Shown: positions 1 to 11,271 of the stretch, one piece after another
Layout: each line of letters begins with the position of its first letter
Position numbering within the stretch: the stretch's first letter is position 1
From: Blastocladiella emersonii ATCC 22665
Lineage: Eukaryota > Fungi > Blastocladiomycota
Direction of reading: 5' to 3'
NCBI GenBank assembly: GCA_025594325.1
Contig: JANHCV010000006.1
Coordinates: 744,001 to 808,000 of the forward strand
DNA: 64,000 nucleotides
Position numbers and translations under genes: made by a program
Notes under the pieces: generated by a model
The model's database searches: none
The model's input: only the letters and a program-made list of their open reading frames with translations
Told to the model about the DNA's origin: nothing

Positions 1-1013
1 GACGTCATGCGCAGGTAGAACGAGTCCGGCGCGTCGGTGAGCACGGCGGGCACCTTGTGCGCCGCAATAAACGATGGGAAAACATGAAGCAATATGAAGT
101 TTGACATCGTAGAAGCCATCGTCAGAGTCGTGGCCGCGGACGGCATCCCCCTGGTCTCGGTTTGTCTGACGTCTTCTCCGAGTCTTCCGTTGCGCGAAGT
201 ATCAAACATCAAGGATATAGCCGTTTGCTACCTGTTGCGGTTGGCAGATGATGCTTTACACTTGTATGACGTTGACATCGATGCTGTGCCAACGCAAGAC
301 TGTTTGCAGCGCGAGCCACGCCGCGGGGGTTCCATTCCGCATTCAAGGCTCGCGCTTTGAAGTCGGCTCGATGACGTGAATCGTTGCGTGCGCACGTCTG
401 AATCTTGACCGATAGAGTGGGGGTACATATGGCAGGACCGAGTGGCCAAACCGGCAAACCAAGAAACCAAGCAACCAAGCGCGCGCCGCCCCAGCCCACC
501 GCCCCGCCGCAAAGGCCAGTGCTGCCTCGCCCGCTCCCCTTCTCGCTCCCTTCCTCGCTCCCCTCGCTCCCCCTTCGCTAATAAATTAATAACCATGCAA
601 TCTCGAATGTCGACGAACGCAGCCTACATCAGCGATGAGGATCTATACGCGCTCTATCGCACGCTCAGCACGCAGGCCGCCGTGTGCCAGAAGCTCCAGT
701 CTCGCTCGATTCTTCACTGATGTCAAACGTTGATCAACTTTCGACAGAGAGGCATCCCGACTCAACGCACTCGTGGAGCCCCCAACTCACTGATTCTGGC
801 GCACGCTGGACGCCGTCGCGTCCCGGACTCGATGGGCGCCTCACACATTCCGGGCACACTTTAAGACTGGGCGCTTGGGTTCGGGATTTGCAATTATGTT
901 ACGTTGCACCAAGTCGCTTGCAGTCTTTTAGGGTCGGGGCCCGTCAGAAACCGTTCGAAACGCGAAAGAACGCGAAGTGGCTCAAGCGTCACGTGTGTGG
1001 CGCGTCGCGTCGC

Positions 1014-1032
1014 GCAACGCGTTACGCGTTGC
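1014..1032. promoter_or_regulatory. Perfect palindrome GCAACGCGT-T-ACGCGTTGC with two ACGCGT (MCB-like) cores upstream of the IR gene
   Basis: Read directly at 1014-1032, ~100 bp upstream of ATG 1129; mirrored at 28674-28692. Function inferred from the ACGCGT MluI-box core. Confidence 0.45.
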
Positions 1033-1128
1033 AACGCTAGTTCCGTTGCAATCCACCGCCAATCACCATGCTCTCGATACCCAGAGGTTCTACGCAGGGG
1101 TGAACCACGGCAATCATGACGCAACGCG

Positions 1129-3411
1129 ATGCTGAAGCTCATGAAACGCGCAGCGCTCAGCCGTCGTCGCGAACGCGGCCTCCCAACTTGGTTGACGGAC
1201 CCCGAAGAGTGCGATTCAGACTTCAACAAGCAGTCGCAGTCGTCGGCGCGGTCCACCGTGTCGCCCAAGCCGGCAGCCAAGAAGTCGTCGCTGTTCTCAT
1301 CGTCGTCGCGCGCGCCCAAGGTCCCGCTCGCTGCCGTCCATACCCATACCCTCAACGTGGCTGCTGGCTCGGCCACGGCGGCGGCGGGCGCGGGCCCCGC
1401 GAAGCAGCGGTCGCCCATGGACCGCCTCGCGGCGTGCATCAAGACGGCGTTCGGTCGACTCGTCCCCGGCCGCAAGCGCGCGGCCAAGGCGGCCAAGATG
1501 GCCAAGACGGCGGCGGCTCAGGCTTCGGCTCCTGCTCGTTCGGCGTCCCCGGCCACCTCCATGGCCCGCCTCGCCAAGCAGCAGTCGACGTCGCAGCACC
1601 TGTCGGTCAAAAACTTGTACGTTGCACCGAGTTGTCACTGCTCTCGATACAGCGAATCCGACTGACACACATTCCTTCCCTCGCGTAGCACTACCTCCGC
1701 TACCACCACCTTCGGCTCGCGGCGCAGCAGCTGACGTGACAGCAGCAGTCTCGCGCTCGACGACGTCGAGGTGGTGGCGGCGGCGGCTCCAAGCCCAGCC
1801 GTCGCGTCGGTCTCGACGCCGCCGGCTGGCACAGCTTCCGAGGTCGGTACCAGTACCAGCGCCAGCTCCACGACGGCTGCGCAGGCCGACGGCGCTGGTA
1901 CCGATTTCGAGGACGAGGGGCTCGCCACCGAGTCGCTCGTGGCCACGGACCCGACGACCGAGATCCCGCTCCCGATCTCGTCGTCGCTCACGCCGGAGGC
2001 CGAGCCCAAGATCCAGGCGGTCGACCCGATCGCCATTATCGTCGAGGAGGATATTATGGAGGACGGCCCCGTCGAGGCCGTCGAGCGGGAGCGCCGCGAC
2101 TCGGGCGTCGCCGAGGACATTGCCCAAGGTGTCGCTGCGGCGCTCGCCGCCCAGCAGCAGCTCTCGGTCGAGCACCAGCAGGAGCAGTCGGCGGTCCAGC
2201 TGCAGCACCCGGTCGAACAGCAGGACGATTCGGTCCAGCAGCTCGAGGCGCTCATCGCGCCTACCACGACCGCGGTCTCGGAGCCCGAGCAGCTCGCCGC
2301 GGTCCCGTCGGTGCTCGCGCCGGCGCAGATCTCGGTCGTTGTCGACTCGGCGCCCGTGGCATCGCCGGCCGTCGCCGCGACCGAGATCCCCACCGCCGCC
2401 ACGTCGTCAGCCATCAGCCATGTCGTCCACGTCGAGGCGCCCATCGCGCCCACTACGTCCGCGGTCCCGAAGCCCGAGCTCGCCGCGGTCCCGTCGGTGC
2501 TCGCGCCCGTCCAGGTCTCGGTCGTCGTCAACTCGGCGCCCGCGGCATCGCCAGTCGTCGCCACGACCTAGATTCACGCCGGCGCCGCGCCGGCAATTAA
2601 CCAGGTCGTCGAGGTCGAGGACGGTCCGCTCGCGCAGTCGCCGGCCGTGGCGCGCCTGGCACACGCCATGCTCACGTTGCTCCGCGTGTTCCCGGCCACG
2701 GCGTCGCTCGCCCGCGCTCAGGCCAAGAACATCGCGACGCACCTCGCGCCGTCGCACCTCGCCGTCGACCTGTACAAGTACGCGTGGTCGAGCTCGGCCG
2801 CGCGCAAGTGCGGCACGTCGGGCCAGGTCATGCTCGCGACGCCCGTCAGCGTGTCGCGCACCCTGTGCCCGGTCGAGTTCGTGTGGTGGGGGTCGCGCCC
2901 GATCCCCGTGGCGCTGCTCCGTGGCACGACCGATGCCGAGAAGATGGCCGATACGACCAAGGTGACGATCGGCCAGCTGTACCAGTTCGTCGCGGCAGCG
3001 CTGCCCGACGACGAGCTCGAGCGGCTCGCGGTGCTCGACGAGGTGGCCGCCGCGTACCCGGCCCAGCTCAAGCCGCTCGCGCTCGTGCTCGGGTTCATGT
3101 TCCTCAAGGCCGGCAGCAAGCTTGCCGACGCCGTCACCAAGCTGCTCGCGCTGTGGTGGTTCGACGGCCGCACGCACCCCACCGTGGCACCGGGTGCGCT
3201 CGACACGGTCGGTGGCGAGCAGGCGTCCGACAAGATCAAGGCCGTGTGGCGCGAGCTGCTGGCGGCGGGCGCGCGCGAGTACCGCGACACGATCCGGACA
3301 GACTTCCTGACGCCGGCCGAGTTCATGCACGACAAGCGCACCGCGGACGACCCCGCGCTCGTCCGCGCAATGGCCAAGGCCAAGGAGACAAAGAAACCGG
3401 CCGAGCAGTGA
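1129..3411 (+). pseudogene. Two-exon gene of unknown function inside the left IR arm, interrupted by two in-frame stops
   Basis: Exon 1 1129-1616, intron 1617-1688 (GTACGT...CTGAC...TAG), exon 2 1689-3411 in one frame with TGA 1732-1734 and TAG 2569-2571. The three ORF-track pieces (1129, 1771, 2647) share this frame. Basic N-terminus, acidic A/P/V/T-rich middle, globular-looking C-terminus. Confidence 0.75.
2254..2574 (+). repeat. Two-copy internal tandem repeat (period ~186-189 nt) in the IR gene
   Basis: IAPTTTAVSEPEQLAAVPSVLAPAQISVVVDSAPVASPAVAATEI vs IAPTTSAVPKPE-LAAVPSVLAPVQVSVVVNSAPAASPVVATT*I. Confidence 0.9.
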
Positions 3412-3975
3412 TTGAATGAGTGGTGTCGATGATTTGTAAGCCCATTTTCCTAGTTTTGTTCGCCCATCCCATTCATTGTTGTCCGCATAGGTTGTTGTTT
3501 CGTTGGGCATCGGGGGCCATGGCCGTGGCGACGCCCGCCAGGCGACCGAGTAGTTTGTCCCTCACGTGCTGTACCATTCATAGTAGTAATCCAACTGTTC
3601 TTACGTTTCTCATGCTGCTCATGACCACCTTGAACTCGTGACTGCCGCGCGTCAATCCACACTCGGTTCAAAGCGAGAGGGAGAGATGGAGGCCAAGCCG
3701 CCGTTGACGCGGTTCGTGATGGCTCTGACCAGTCCGCCATCGTCAAGTAGCCCGTTCAGGGACTCTTCCTCGTCGGATGGCGGCTCAGCGCGCCCGAGGT
3801 GGGAGCAGGAATGCGTCACGGCAAGCCTGCGGACTCAACCGTGTCCGGTTGAGTCAACGGGGGTCGCGCGCCGCCACACGCACGCGACCCGTTTCGTCCC
3901 GCCACACTATAAAAGTCTCCACGCCGCCCGCTCCTCCCTCCCCGATCCCCACACAGTGCAACGTAATCAACAACC

Positions 3976-6483
3976 ATGGCCGACTCGCAAGTCCCTGCAA
4001 CTGCACCGGCTGCTGCCCCAGCACCCGCGCCGGGCACCGCCGCACCACCACCACCATCCGCCTCGGCGGCCAAGACGCCCCGCCCGCGTCCGCCGCCCAA
4101 GTGTCGCTTCTTCGCGCAGGGCAACTGCCGCGACGGCGAAAACTGCCGGTTCCGCCACGTTCTGCCCAAGCCCAAGCCGGCTGCTGTCGATGCCGCGGCG
4201 AACGGCGTGTCGGGCGCAACCGCCGGCGAGGCTGGATCGGCCGAACCCAAGTCGGCGGCACGCCGTCGTGCGCCCCGCAAGAAGGCTGATGCTGCGCCCG
4301 CGGCGACGGCAGAGTCGGGCGACGCGCAGCCTGCCGAGGGCCAGTTGGCCGATGCGCCCGCGCCGGCGTCAGCGAAGGCGCCGCGGAAGCGCGCGCCACG
4401 GTCGGCCAAGGGCAAGAACGCCGCGGGTGCACCCGCTGACGGCGCGGCGCCCACCTCCGACGCCGCTGCTGCTGCCAATGGTGACGCTGCGCCGGCGCCT
4501 AAGATCAAGAAGCGCAACCGGGTGCGCAAGGCCAAGGGCCCGTCCACCTCCGACGCCGCCACCCCACCGCCGCCGCCCCCGACGACGCCGCGCGAGATCG
4601 AGATCGCGGACCTGTTCGCGCGGTTCCCCAAATCGAAGCGCGTGACGGCGACGCGGATCCACGCCGTGTTCGCTCCGTCGGACCCGGACTTCCCGTGGCC
4701 GCTGCCCGAGATCGAGGTCGGGCTGACGGTCCCGCTCAACTACCCGGCGGGGCTCGGGTGCTCGCTCGAGGTGCTGACCGAGGACATCCCCGAGCACCTG
4801 CGCGACACGGTGGCGCGCGGCGTGGCGCAGCGGCTTGCGCAGCGCCCGCCGCTCACGCTGGCGCAGGTCGTCATGTGGATCGACAAGAACCTCGAGGCGC
4901 TGCTCTCGGGCAAGCTCGCGACACCCGCATCGACACTCGTGTTTGTCCGTCCCGGCGCAGCGAACCGCGAGGCGCAGGCGCGGCCCACGGGTCCCGCGGC
5001 CGGCCGCGACACGGAGGTGCGCGCGCTCGAGCGCCGGTTCCGGTCGTCGTGGGTGCAGCTCGACCAGACCGAGTTCCAGTTCACGCTCGTCCCGACGGAC
5101 CCGGACCTGCCCTACGCCGTCGAGCTGCACCTCGCCGTCACGGTCCCCACGGCGTACCCGGCGCCCGACGCCCGCGGCGAGTGGCGCCTCCTCAACACGG
5201 ACGTGTCGCCGCTCCTCGCCGCCCGCGTCCAGGACGCGCTCCGCGAGCAGAACTCGGCGCTCACGCTCCTCGCGACCGCCAACTGGCTCGACCGCAACCT
5301 CCTGGCGATGATCCAGACGCTCGAGGCCGAGCAGGAGGCCGCTCTCGAGGCTGCGTCGGCCGAGTCCGAGTCCGAGTCCGAGTCCGAGTCTGACGACGAC
5401 GAGTCGGGTTCGTCGACGGACGAGGGCGAGCATGTCCACGACGGCGAGTGCGACCACGACCACGCCGAGGACGACGACGAGGCGACGACGGGCACGCCAT
5501 CGTCCGCGCAGCTCGAGGTGCCCAAGTCGGGCGCGACGCAGATCCGGCTTCCCGACCTGCAGCTGTCGAACGTGGGCGTGGTCGAGTGCACGTCGCTGTC
5601 GGTGCTGGTCCGGTGCGTGCGGTGCAAGCACGGGACCGAGTTCCTGGACGTGGCGCCGGTGCCCAAGGGCCAGTCGCTCGAGTGGCAGCTGGGCGCGTCG
5701 TCGGGGGTCCGTCCGTGCGGCAACTGCGCGGCGCCGCTCGGGGTGCGGTGGGTGCCGACGCTGATGCACGCGAGCCACCCGCTGGTCGGGTACGCGAGCC
5801 TGCTCAACGGCACGCTGCTCGACCTGCTGCCGAGCTCGTTCGCCGTGACGTGCGGCAACTGCTCAACGGGGTCGGCCGACTCGGCGTTCCGGCGCGTCGC
5901 GCGGTCGGCCACCCCCGCGCGCCACAACTGCCGCAAGTGCCACAAGGCGGTCAGCATGACGGTCGACGGGGTCCGGTTCCTGCGCGTCGGCAGCGGCGGG
6001 CTGGTCACGGGCGGGGCGCCGCTCGCCATCGCCAAGAAGAAGCGGCGGTCGCCCGCCGACGAGGGGATCGTGCCGGGGCAGCCCCTGCCGCGCAGCGGGC
6101 GGTGCGCGCACTACTCCAAGTCGTACCGGTGGTTCCGGTTCCCGTGCTGCGGGCGCGCGTACCCGTGCGACGTGTGCCACGAGAACGAGAAGCCCGACGA
6201 CCACGCCATGGTCCGCGCCAACCGCATGGTGTGCGGCCACTGCTCCAAGGAACAGCCCTTCTCGCAGGCCCCCTGCGCCTTCTGCCACGCGTCGCTCGTC
6301 GCCAAGCCCAGCAGCGGGTTCTGGGAGGGCGGCAAGGGCACCCGCGACACGTCGCGCATGTCGACCAAGGAGAAGAAGAAGCATGCGGGCCGCAACAAGA
6401 CGGTCTCCGCCAAGGCCGAGCGCGTCGGCGCTGCGGGCGCGGCTAAGCGCAAGAAGAAGGCTGATGGGAGCGATTCGTCGTGA
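3976..6483 (+). CDS. CCCH zinc finger / tandem RWD(UBC)-like / CHY zinc finger protein, 835 aa
   Basis: CRFFAQGNCRDGENCRFRH (CCCH); two DPD[FL]P[WY]...TVPxxYP RWD-like units; several CxxC pairs; C-terminal CAHYSKSYRWFRFPCCGRAYPCDVCH...CGHCSKEQ (CHY). TATAAAA at 3908-3914. Confidence 0.85.
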   Translation: MADSQVPATAPAAAPAPAPGTAAPPPPSASAAKTPRPRPPPKCRFFAQGNCRDGENCRFRHVLPKPKPAAVDAAANGVSGATAGEAGSAEPKSAARRRAPRKKADAAPAATAESGDAQPAEGQLADAPAPASAKAPRKRAPRSAKGKNAAGAPADGAAPTSDAAAAANGDAAPAPKIKKRNRVRKAKGPSTSDAATPPPPPPTTPREIEIADLFARFPKSKRVTATRIHAVFAPSDPDFPWPLPEIEVGLTVPLNYPAGLGCSLEVLTEDIPEHLRDTVARGVAQRLAQRPPLTLAQVVMWIDKNLEALLSGKLATPASTLVFVRPGAANREAQARPTGPAAGRDTEVRALERRFRSSWVQLDQTEFQFTLVPTDPDLPYAVELHLAVTVPTAYPAPDARGEWRLLNTDVSPLLAARVQDALREQNSALTLLATANWLDRNLLAMIQTLEAEQEAALEAASAESESESESESDDDESGSSTDEGEHVHDGECDHDHAEDDDEATTGTPSSAQLEVPKSGATQIRLPDLQLSNVGVVECTSLSVLVRCVRCKHGTEFLDVAPVPKGQSLEWQLGASSGVRPCGNCAAPLGVRWVPTLMHASHPLVGYASLLNGTLLDLLPSSFAVTCGNCSTGSADSAFRRVARSATPARHNCRKCHKAVSMTVDGVRFLRVGSGGLVTGGAPLAIAKKKRRSPADEGIVPGQPLPRSGRCAHYSKSYRWFRFPCCGRAYPCDVCHENEKPDDHAMVRANRMVCGHCSKEQPFSQAPCAFCHASLVAKPSSGFWEGGKGTRDTSRMSTKEKKKHAGRNKTVSAKAERVGAAGAAKRKKKADGSDSS

Positions 6484-6759
6484 TGATCTGATCTAATACA
6501 GTCGTGTGTATTCCTGTCCAATTCTCGGCTTTCTTGATGGCGAAGCGATAGGGATGGAGGGGAGGAGTCGACGCGTGCCGCGTTGCTCACGCGATCGCCG
6601 GCCCGCGCGGATCAGCGGGCCGGAGCGCCGCGCGCAGCGAGACCTCAAAACGCGCGACTCGCCCCGCCCGCCATCCGCGCTCTCCCCAGCTGCCTGCACA
6701 GTAATACACGCCGTATCATCCTGCAGCCAGCAACCGCAACAACCCCACGCATCAACACC

Positions 6760-8413
6760 ATGCTCCGCACCGCGCTCGGGTCCGCCCTGCTGGCGGTCCT
6801 CGTCGCGACGCTCGCCAGCGCGTCCCCGCTCGACCCCGCGGCCGAGTCGCCGCTCCTCTCGGCGCAGACGGCCAAGCCCATCCCCGGCCACTACATGGTC
6901 GTGCTGCGCGACGACGCCGACGCCGCCCACGTCGCCGACCACCACAACTGGCTGTCGTCGTTCCTCGCCACCCCCGGCTCGCTCCGCGCCTCGTCCAAGG
7001 CCAACCGCATCAAGCACGTCTACGACCTGCCCGGCGTCAAGGGCTACGCCGGCGTGTTTGACGACGAGGCCGTCGCGGCCATTCGCCGCGCCAAGCACGT
7101 ACGACTTTCGTGTGTCTCGGATGGGATGACGCGTTGGTCACCGCGCCGCCGCCGCCGCGTGTTTCACCGTTCCGCTCACTCATCCCCAACCCTCATCCTC
7201 CGGACCCGTTCAGGTCGCCTACGTCGAGCAGGACCAGATCGTCACCATCGCCGCTGACTACCACACGGCCAAGCGCAAGTACGTGACGCAGCGCGACGCG
7301 CCGTGGGGCCTGTCGCGCATCTCGCACCGCACGCGGCCCTCGGCGGCGCACTACAAGGAGTACCCGCACGCGGCCCTGGCGGGCGCCGGCGTCTCGGTCT
7401 ACGTCATCGACACGGGCATCAACATTGCGCACCGCGACTTCGAGGGCCGCGCCCGGTGGGGCGCCACGATCCCCGAGAACGACGAGGACGAGGACGGCAA
7501 CGGCCACGGCACCCACTGCGCCGGCACCATCGCCGGCAAGCGGTTCGGCGTCGCCAAGCACGCGTCGCCCGTCGCCGTCAAGGTGCTCGCCAGCAACGGC
7601 GCCGGGTCCATGTCCGACGTGGTCAAGGGCGTCGAGTGGGCGGTCCAGGACCACAAGCGCCGCACCAAGAAGGACAAGAACGCCAAGTCGGTTGCGTCCA
7701 TGTCGCTTGGCGGCGGCAAATCCGCCACGCTCGACCGCGTCGTCAACGCCGCCGTCGACGCGGGTATCCCCTTCAGCGTAGCCGCGGGCAACGAGTCGCA
7801 GAACGCGTGCAACGTGTCGCCGGCGGCCACCGAGAAGGCCGTGACGGTTGGGGCGAGCACCATCGACGACAAAATGGCCTCCTTCAGCAACCACGGCAAG
7901 TGCGTTGACGTGTTCGCGCCCGGCAAGGACATTCTCAGCACGTGGATCGGCTCGGACGTGGCCACCAACATCATCTCGGGCACGTCCATGGCCGCGCCGC
8001 ACGTTGCCGGTCTCCTCGCCACCCTCGCGTCCGAGTCGGCCGAGCCCGTCGCGCCCAAGGAGCTCAAGGACCGCCTCATCGCCCTCTCGACCAAGGACGT
8101 GCTCTCGGGCCTCCCCAAGCCCGGCCAGGGCGGCGGCGGCATCGCCAAGCCCCCCGGATGGCCGTTCCCCTGGCCGTTCCCCGGCGGCGCCAACCCCAAC
8201 GAGGGCACCACGCCCAACCGCCTCGTCTTCTCGGGCGTCAAGTCCAAGGCTGACGACAAGGAGGGCGAGCAGGGCGAGGAGGAGGAGGACACGCTCCGCA
8301 TCTACCCGATCGCCGCCGACGACGAGGACGAGATCGCCGCGCCCCACGCGTCCATCGTCTGGATCCGCCACACCATGCACCGCGTCCGCGGCCGCATCAC
8401 GGGCTTCTTCTGA
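6760..8413 (+). CDS. Subtilisin-like serine protease (S8A, proteinase B/K type) with signal peptide and I9 propeptide
   Basis: Signal peptide MLRTALGSALLAVLVATLASA; intron 7099-7213; catalytic motifs VYVIDTG, DGNGHGTHCAG, AAGNE, ISGTSMAAPHVAG. Confidence 0.95.
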
Positions 8414-8557
8414 GGGTGACGGAGTTGGTGTTGAGTTTGTGTATCGTCAATCTGTATCATCATACACGTGAATATCATTTGACTTTGGTCCGCTCCGCGG
8501 TCGCTGGACGAGCGAGGATGAAGTGAGATCACGACTCGCTGCGGCGCCGCCACGGAA

Positions 8558-8578
8558 TCGACGCGTTGCGCCACACCG
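8558..8578. repeat. 21-bp non-coding element TCGACGCGTTGCGCCACACCG, exact second copy at 11143-11163
   Basis: Identical 21-mers ~80-110 bp beyond the stop codons of both tandem F-box-like paralogs. Confidence 0.8.
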
Positions 8579-8660
8579 ACTCGCCATCACAGCTCGCAAC
8601 AATAGAGAGTTTATGCGCGAGTCAACAGTATAACAAGTCACACGAAACACCAGTTCGCGT

Positions 8661-11041
8661 TCAGCGGAGCTCGCAATACGCGAGGAGGTACTCGTCCGTG
8701 CTGCTCTTCACGAGCGAAAGCCGCCGCATCTGCGCTGCGCCCGCGTGATCGCCGACGCGCTCGTACGCGACCGTCAGCTGGGCGAGCCACCTCGGATGGA
8801 CGACGGGCCGATCAAATGCAGCGCGAGGCAGCAGCTCCAGGATCGCGAGCGGGATCCGGCCGCGCGTGTACGTCAGCACCTCGACCACGTCAACGACTTT
8901 GAACTCGAGAAACGTCCGCCAGAGCTCGAGCTCGGGGAACGCGACGTGCTGGGTGCCGCACGACGAGGCGATCCGCGTCCGCAGGCGGAGCTCGAGCGCG
9001 TCGTGGCCCATCCCGTCGCATCCGCTGTTCCCGAGCGAAGCAAGCAGCTTGTCGCGGACGGACTTCGGAATCGGCGCGTTCTGTGTGCAGAGGCGGTGAA
9101 GCTCGGACACGGCCACGAACCATGCCGGTTGGGTCGAGGGTGCGCACGCGCCGCATGTCCGTTCCGCGAAGCTCAACTCGAGCGCGTAGCGCCCAACACG
9201 ATCGTTGAGTTGAGCGCGGATCATGAGGTTAAGCAAGTCCAGCGCGGTCCCCGAGTCAGTCAGGTGCTGGAGCGCGTTCGGCCGCAGCGATGAGTCCGCC
9301 AGGACCGCGACCGGGATCCACTCGAGCCCGGCGAACACAGATTCGGTCCGAAGTTCGGCGCGGAACCGCTTGATTGCTGCAGTGAAGAGGAGGAACACCG
9401 GCCATGCGTCGATGGTGGGCTGGAACGCGAACCGGCTCGCGAGAAAGTCCCACATGCTGGTTCCGTCGAGCTGGTGCAGCAGCTGGCTATGGATGTGGAC
9501 GTCCCGACTCGGAGTGACCTCGAAACAAGTGAGATTCAGGGGCGGATTCGCATAGCGACTGGCGCATTCTTCCATCGCAGTTGAGAGCACCGCGGCCAAC
9601 AAGGTGGGGAAGTAGTCGGACGCGAAGCGGATGACGTAGAGCGCTCGATCCCACGACTTGAAGCTGAGCCGGAATGCTGGAAATCGGTGGAGGAGCGGCA
9701 TGGTTAGTGCTTGTCCGCGTGCAAGGATGTGCGGAGATGCGTACCCTGCGTCAGGACCTGCGTCAGACCGTTCGAGTCAAAGTTGCGATGAATCTCGGTC
9801 GCGAACGCAAGCGCCGTATCCTCGTCGAGGTGAAGCAGCGAGGGAAGAAAGTGGGTCGAGACACCTTCGATTTCCCCGATGACGCGCAACATCTTGACTG
9901 GATCGGGAGGGCTCGAGTGTGCTAGCGCATCGAAAATAGTCATGGCGTGGAACGCGACTGACATTCGAGCCATGGCGGCCGTTCCGTGACGATCCAAGAT
10001 ACGGGTGAACATGTCCTTACATGTAGTCAGAGGACTAGAATCGGTCGGCGGCGGCTCGTTGGAGTCGTTGGTCGCCCACCCGTGGTCGAAGAGCCATTGC
10101 ATCGAATCAAACACGCGGCCGAGCGCGGAGTGATCCGATGGGAGCGCACGCAACATGGCGCCGGCCACGGCGGGTGTCGAGGCGATGACCGCGAGCCAGC
10201 GGGCGCTTGCGTCGGGACGCAGACTCGCAAGAACTCGATAGATGTTGACATCCCATCGAGAGAGCGCGATGTAGCACAATGCGAGGTGAAGAGTAATGGG
10301 TGACCCGGCTGGCAGGAAATCGAGCGAGAAAATCGTTGGCTCGACGCAGCACGACTTCCACTCGCTGACCGGGAGCGCCAAGTAGAGAATTGCGGGCGAG
10401 CGCGACGAAACAGCTGCGAGCAGCCGAGCAAGACTTGCATGGTCGCCTCGATTGACAAGATAGAGTAGGACCTGGACGAGCGAGAACAAGGGTGTCGCGA
10501 GACAGGTGGCCCTGCTGGGAAAAGGAGGCTTCCAAGCGTCGGGGACGGTGGTCGGGATAACATAAAAACTGGCCGAGTACGACAGCGGGAGCTGGATCAG
10601 CTCCGTGGCGATCAATTGCGAGGCGCGGGCGCCAAGCTTGCGGACGACGAGTACCGAGTGGTCGAGAAACACTTCGCCAAGCGCTACGAAGAAGGCATTC
10701 GACTGCCGCTCGTCGGTTGCCAGTGGAACATCAAGTCGATGCTCCAGGTACGGTCCCAGCATCAAGACCCAGAGATCGTTCAGGCGCAACGGATAAAATC
10801 CGTAGTGGTACGAAGGGATCCACTTGGCGGCGCATTTGCTGGAAAAGAACGTTTTCAATCGAGCTTCGAAGACTGATGGAAGGTGAGCCCAGAGGACGCG
10901 CCGGTCTGCGACAAGGGCGCTCAACTCGCGCGAGGACGTGAACACGGCCGACCGCCGCTCGGCCAGCTGGACGACCGCGGTCCATAATTCGCAAGGTAGC
11001 GGAGAATTCATGAGTACAAAGTGTTGCAATAAGTCATTCAT
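8661..11041 (-). CDS. Lineage-specific protein (~770 aa) with N-terminal F-box-like motif; paralog A
   Basis: ORFs 9704-11041 and 8661-9701 join in frame via intron 9677-9744 (GTACGC...CTAAC...CAG, phase 1). N-terminus LPCELWTAVVQLAERR..VFTSSRELSALVADRRVLW fits the F-box pattern LPxE(L/I)W...SRxLxxL..D..LW. Confidence 0.75.
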
Positions 11042-11271
11042 GGTCTATGAGTGCATTTTTGCTTCGTTTTGGAGAGGCAGAGAACGCGGGAGCGACGTTC
11101 TCCTTGTCGCGTCTCCCACGCGGGTCTCAGCTGACAAGCGCGTCGACGCGTTGCGCCACACCGCGCCAAAATCACCACGATCACGACCACGACCATCATC
11201 ACGAAAATCAAACCAAATCTATGGAAAAATCAATGAAACAACAATCAGAACAAAAAGAATCAAGTTTGTGC

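Larger units (their letters stand above)
709..3589 (+). repeat. Left arm of a ~2.9-kb inverted repeat (partner 26117-28997)
   Basis: Reverse complement of 26117-28997 (x pairs with 29706-x). Mirrored ORFs have identical translations in several frames (e.g. 1622-2965 vs 26741-28084; 2407-3510 vs 26196-27299). Mismatches seen only at the edges: 727, 731, 734, 735 and 3561, 3565, 3568, 3585. Confidence 0.97.

Noticed and set aside
1-147. Open minus-strand frame running off the left edge (..MASTMSNFILLHVFPSFIAAHKVPAVLTDAPDSFYLRMT)
   Set aside because: Too short and truncated to support a gene call from this window.
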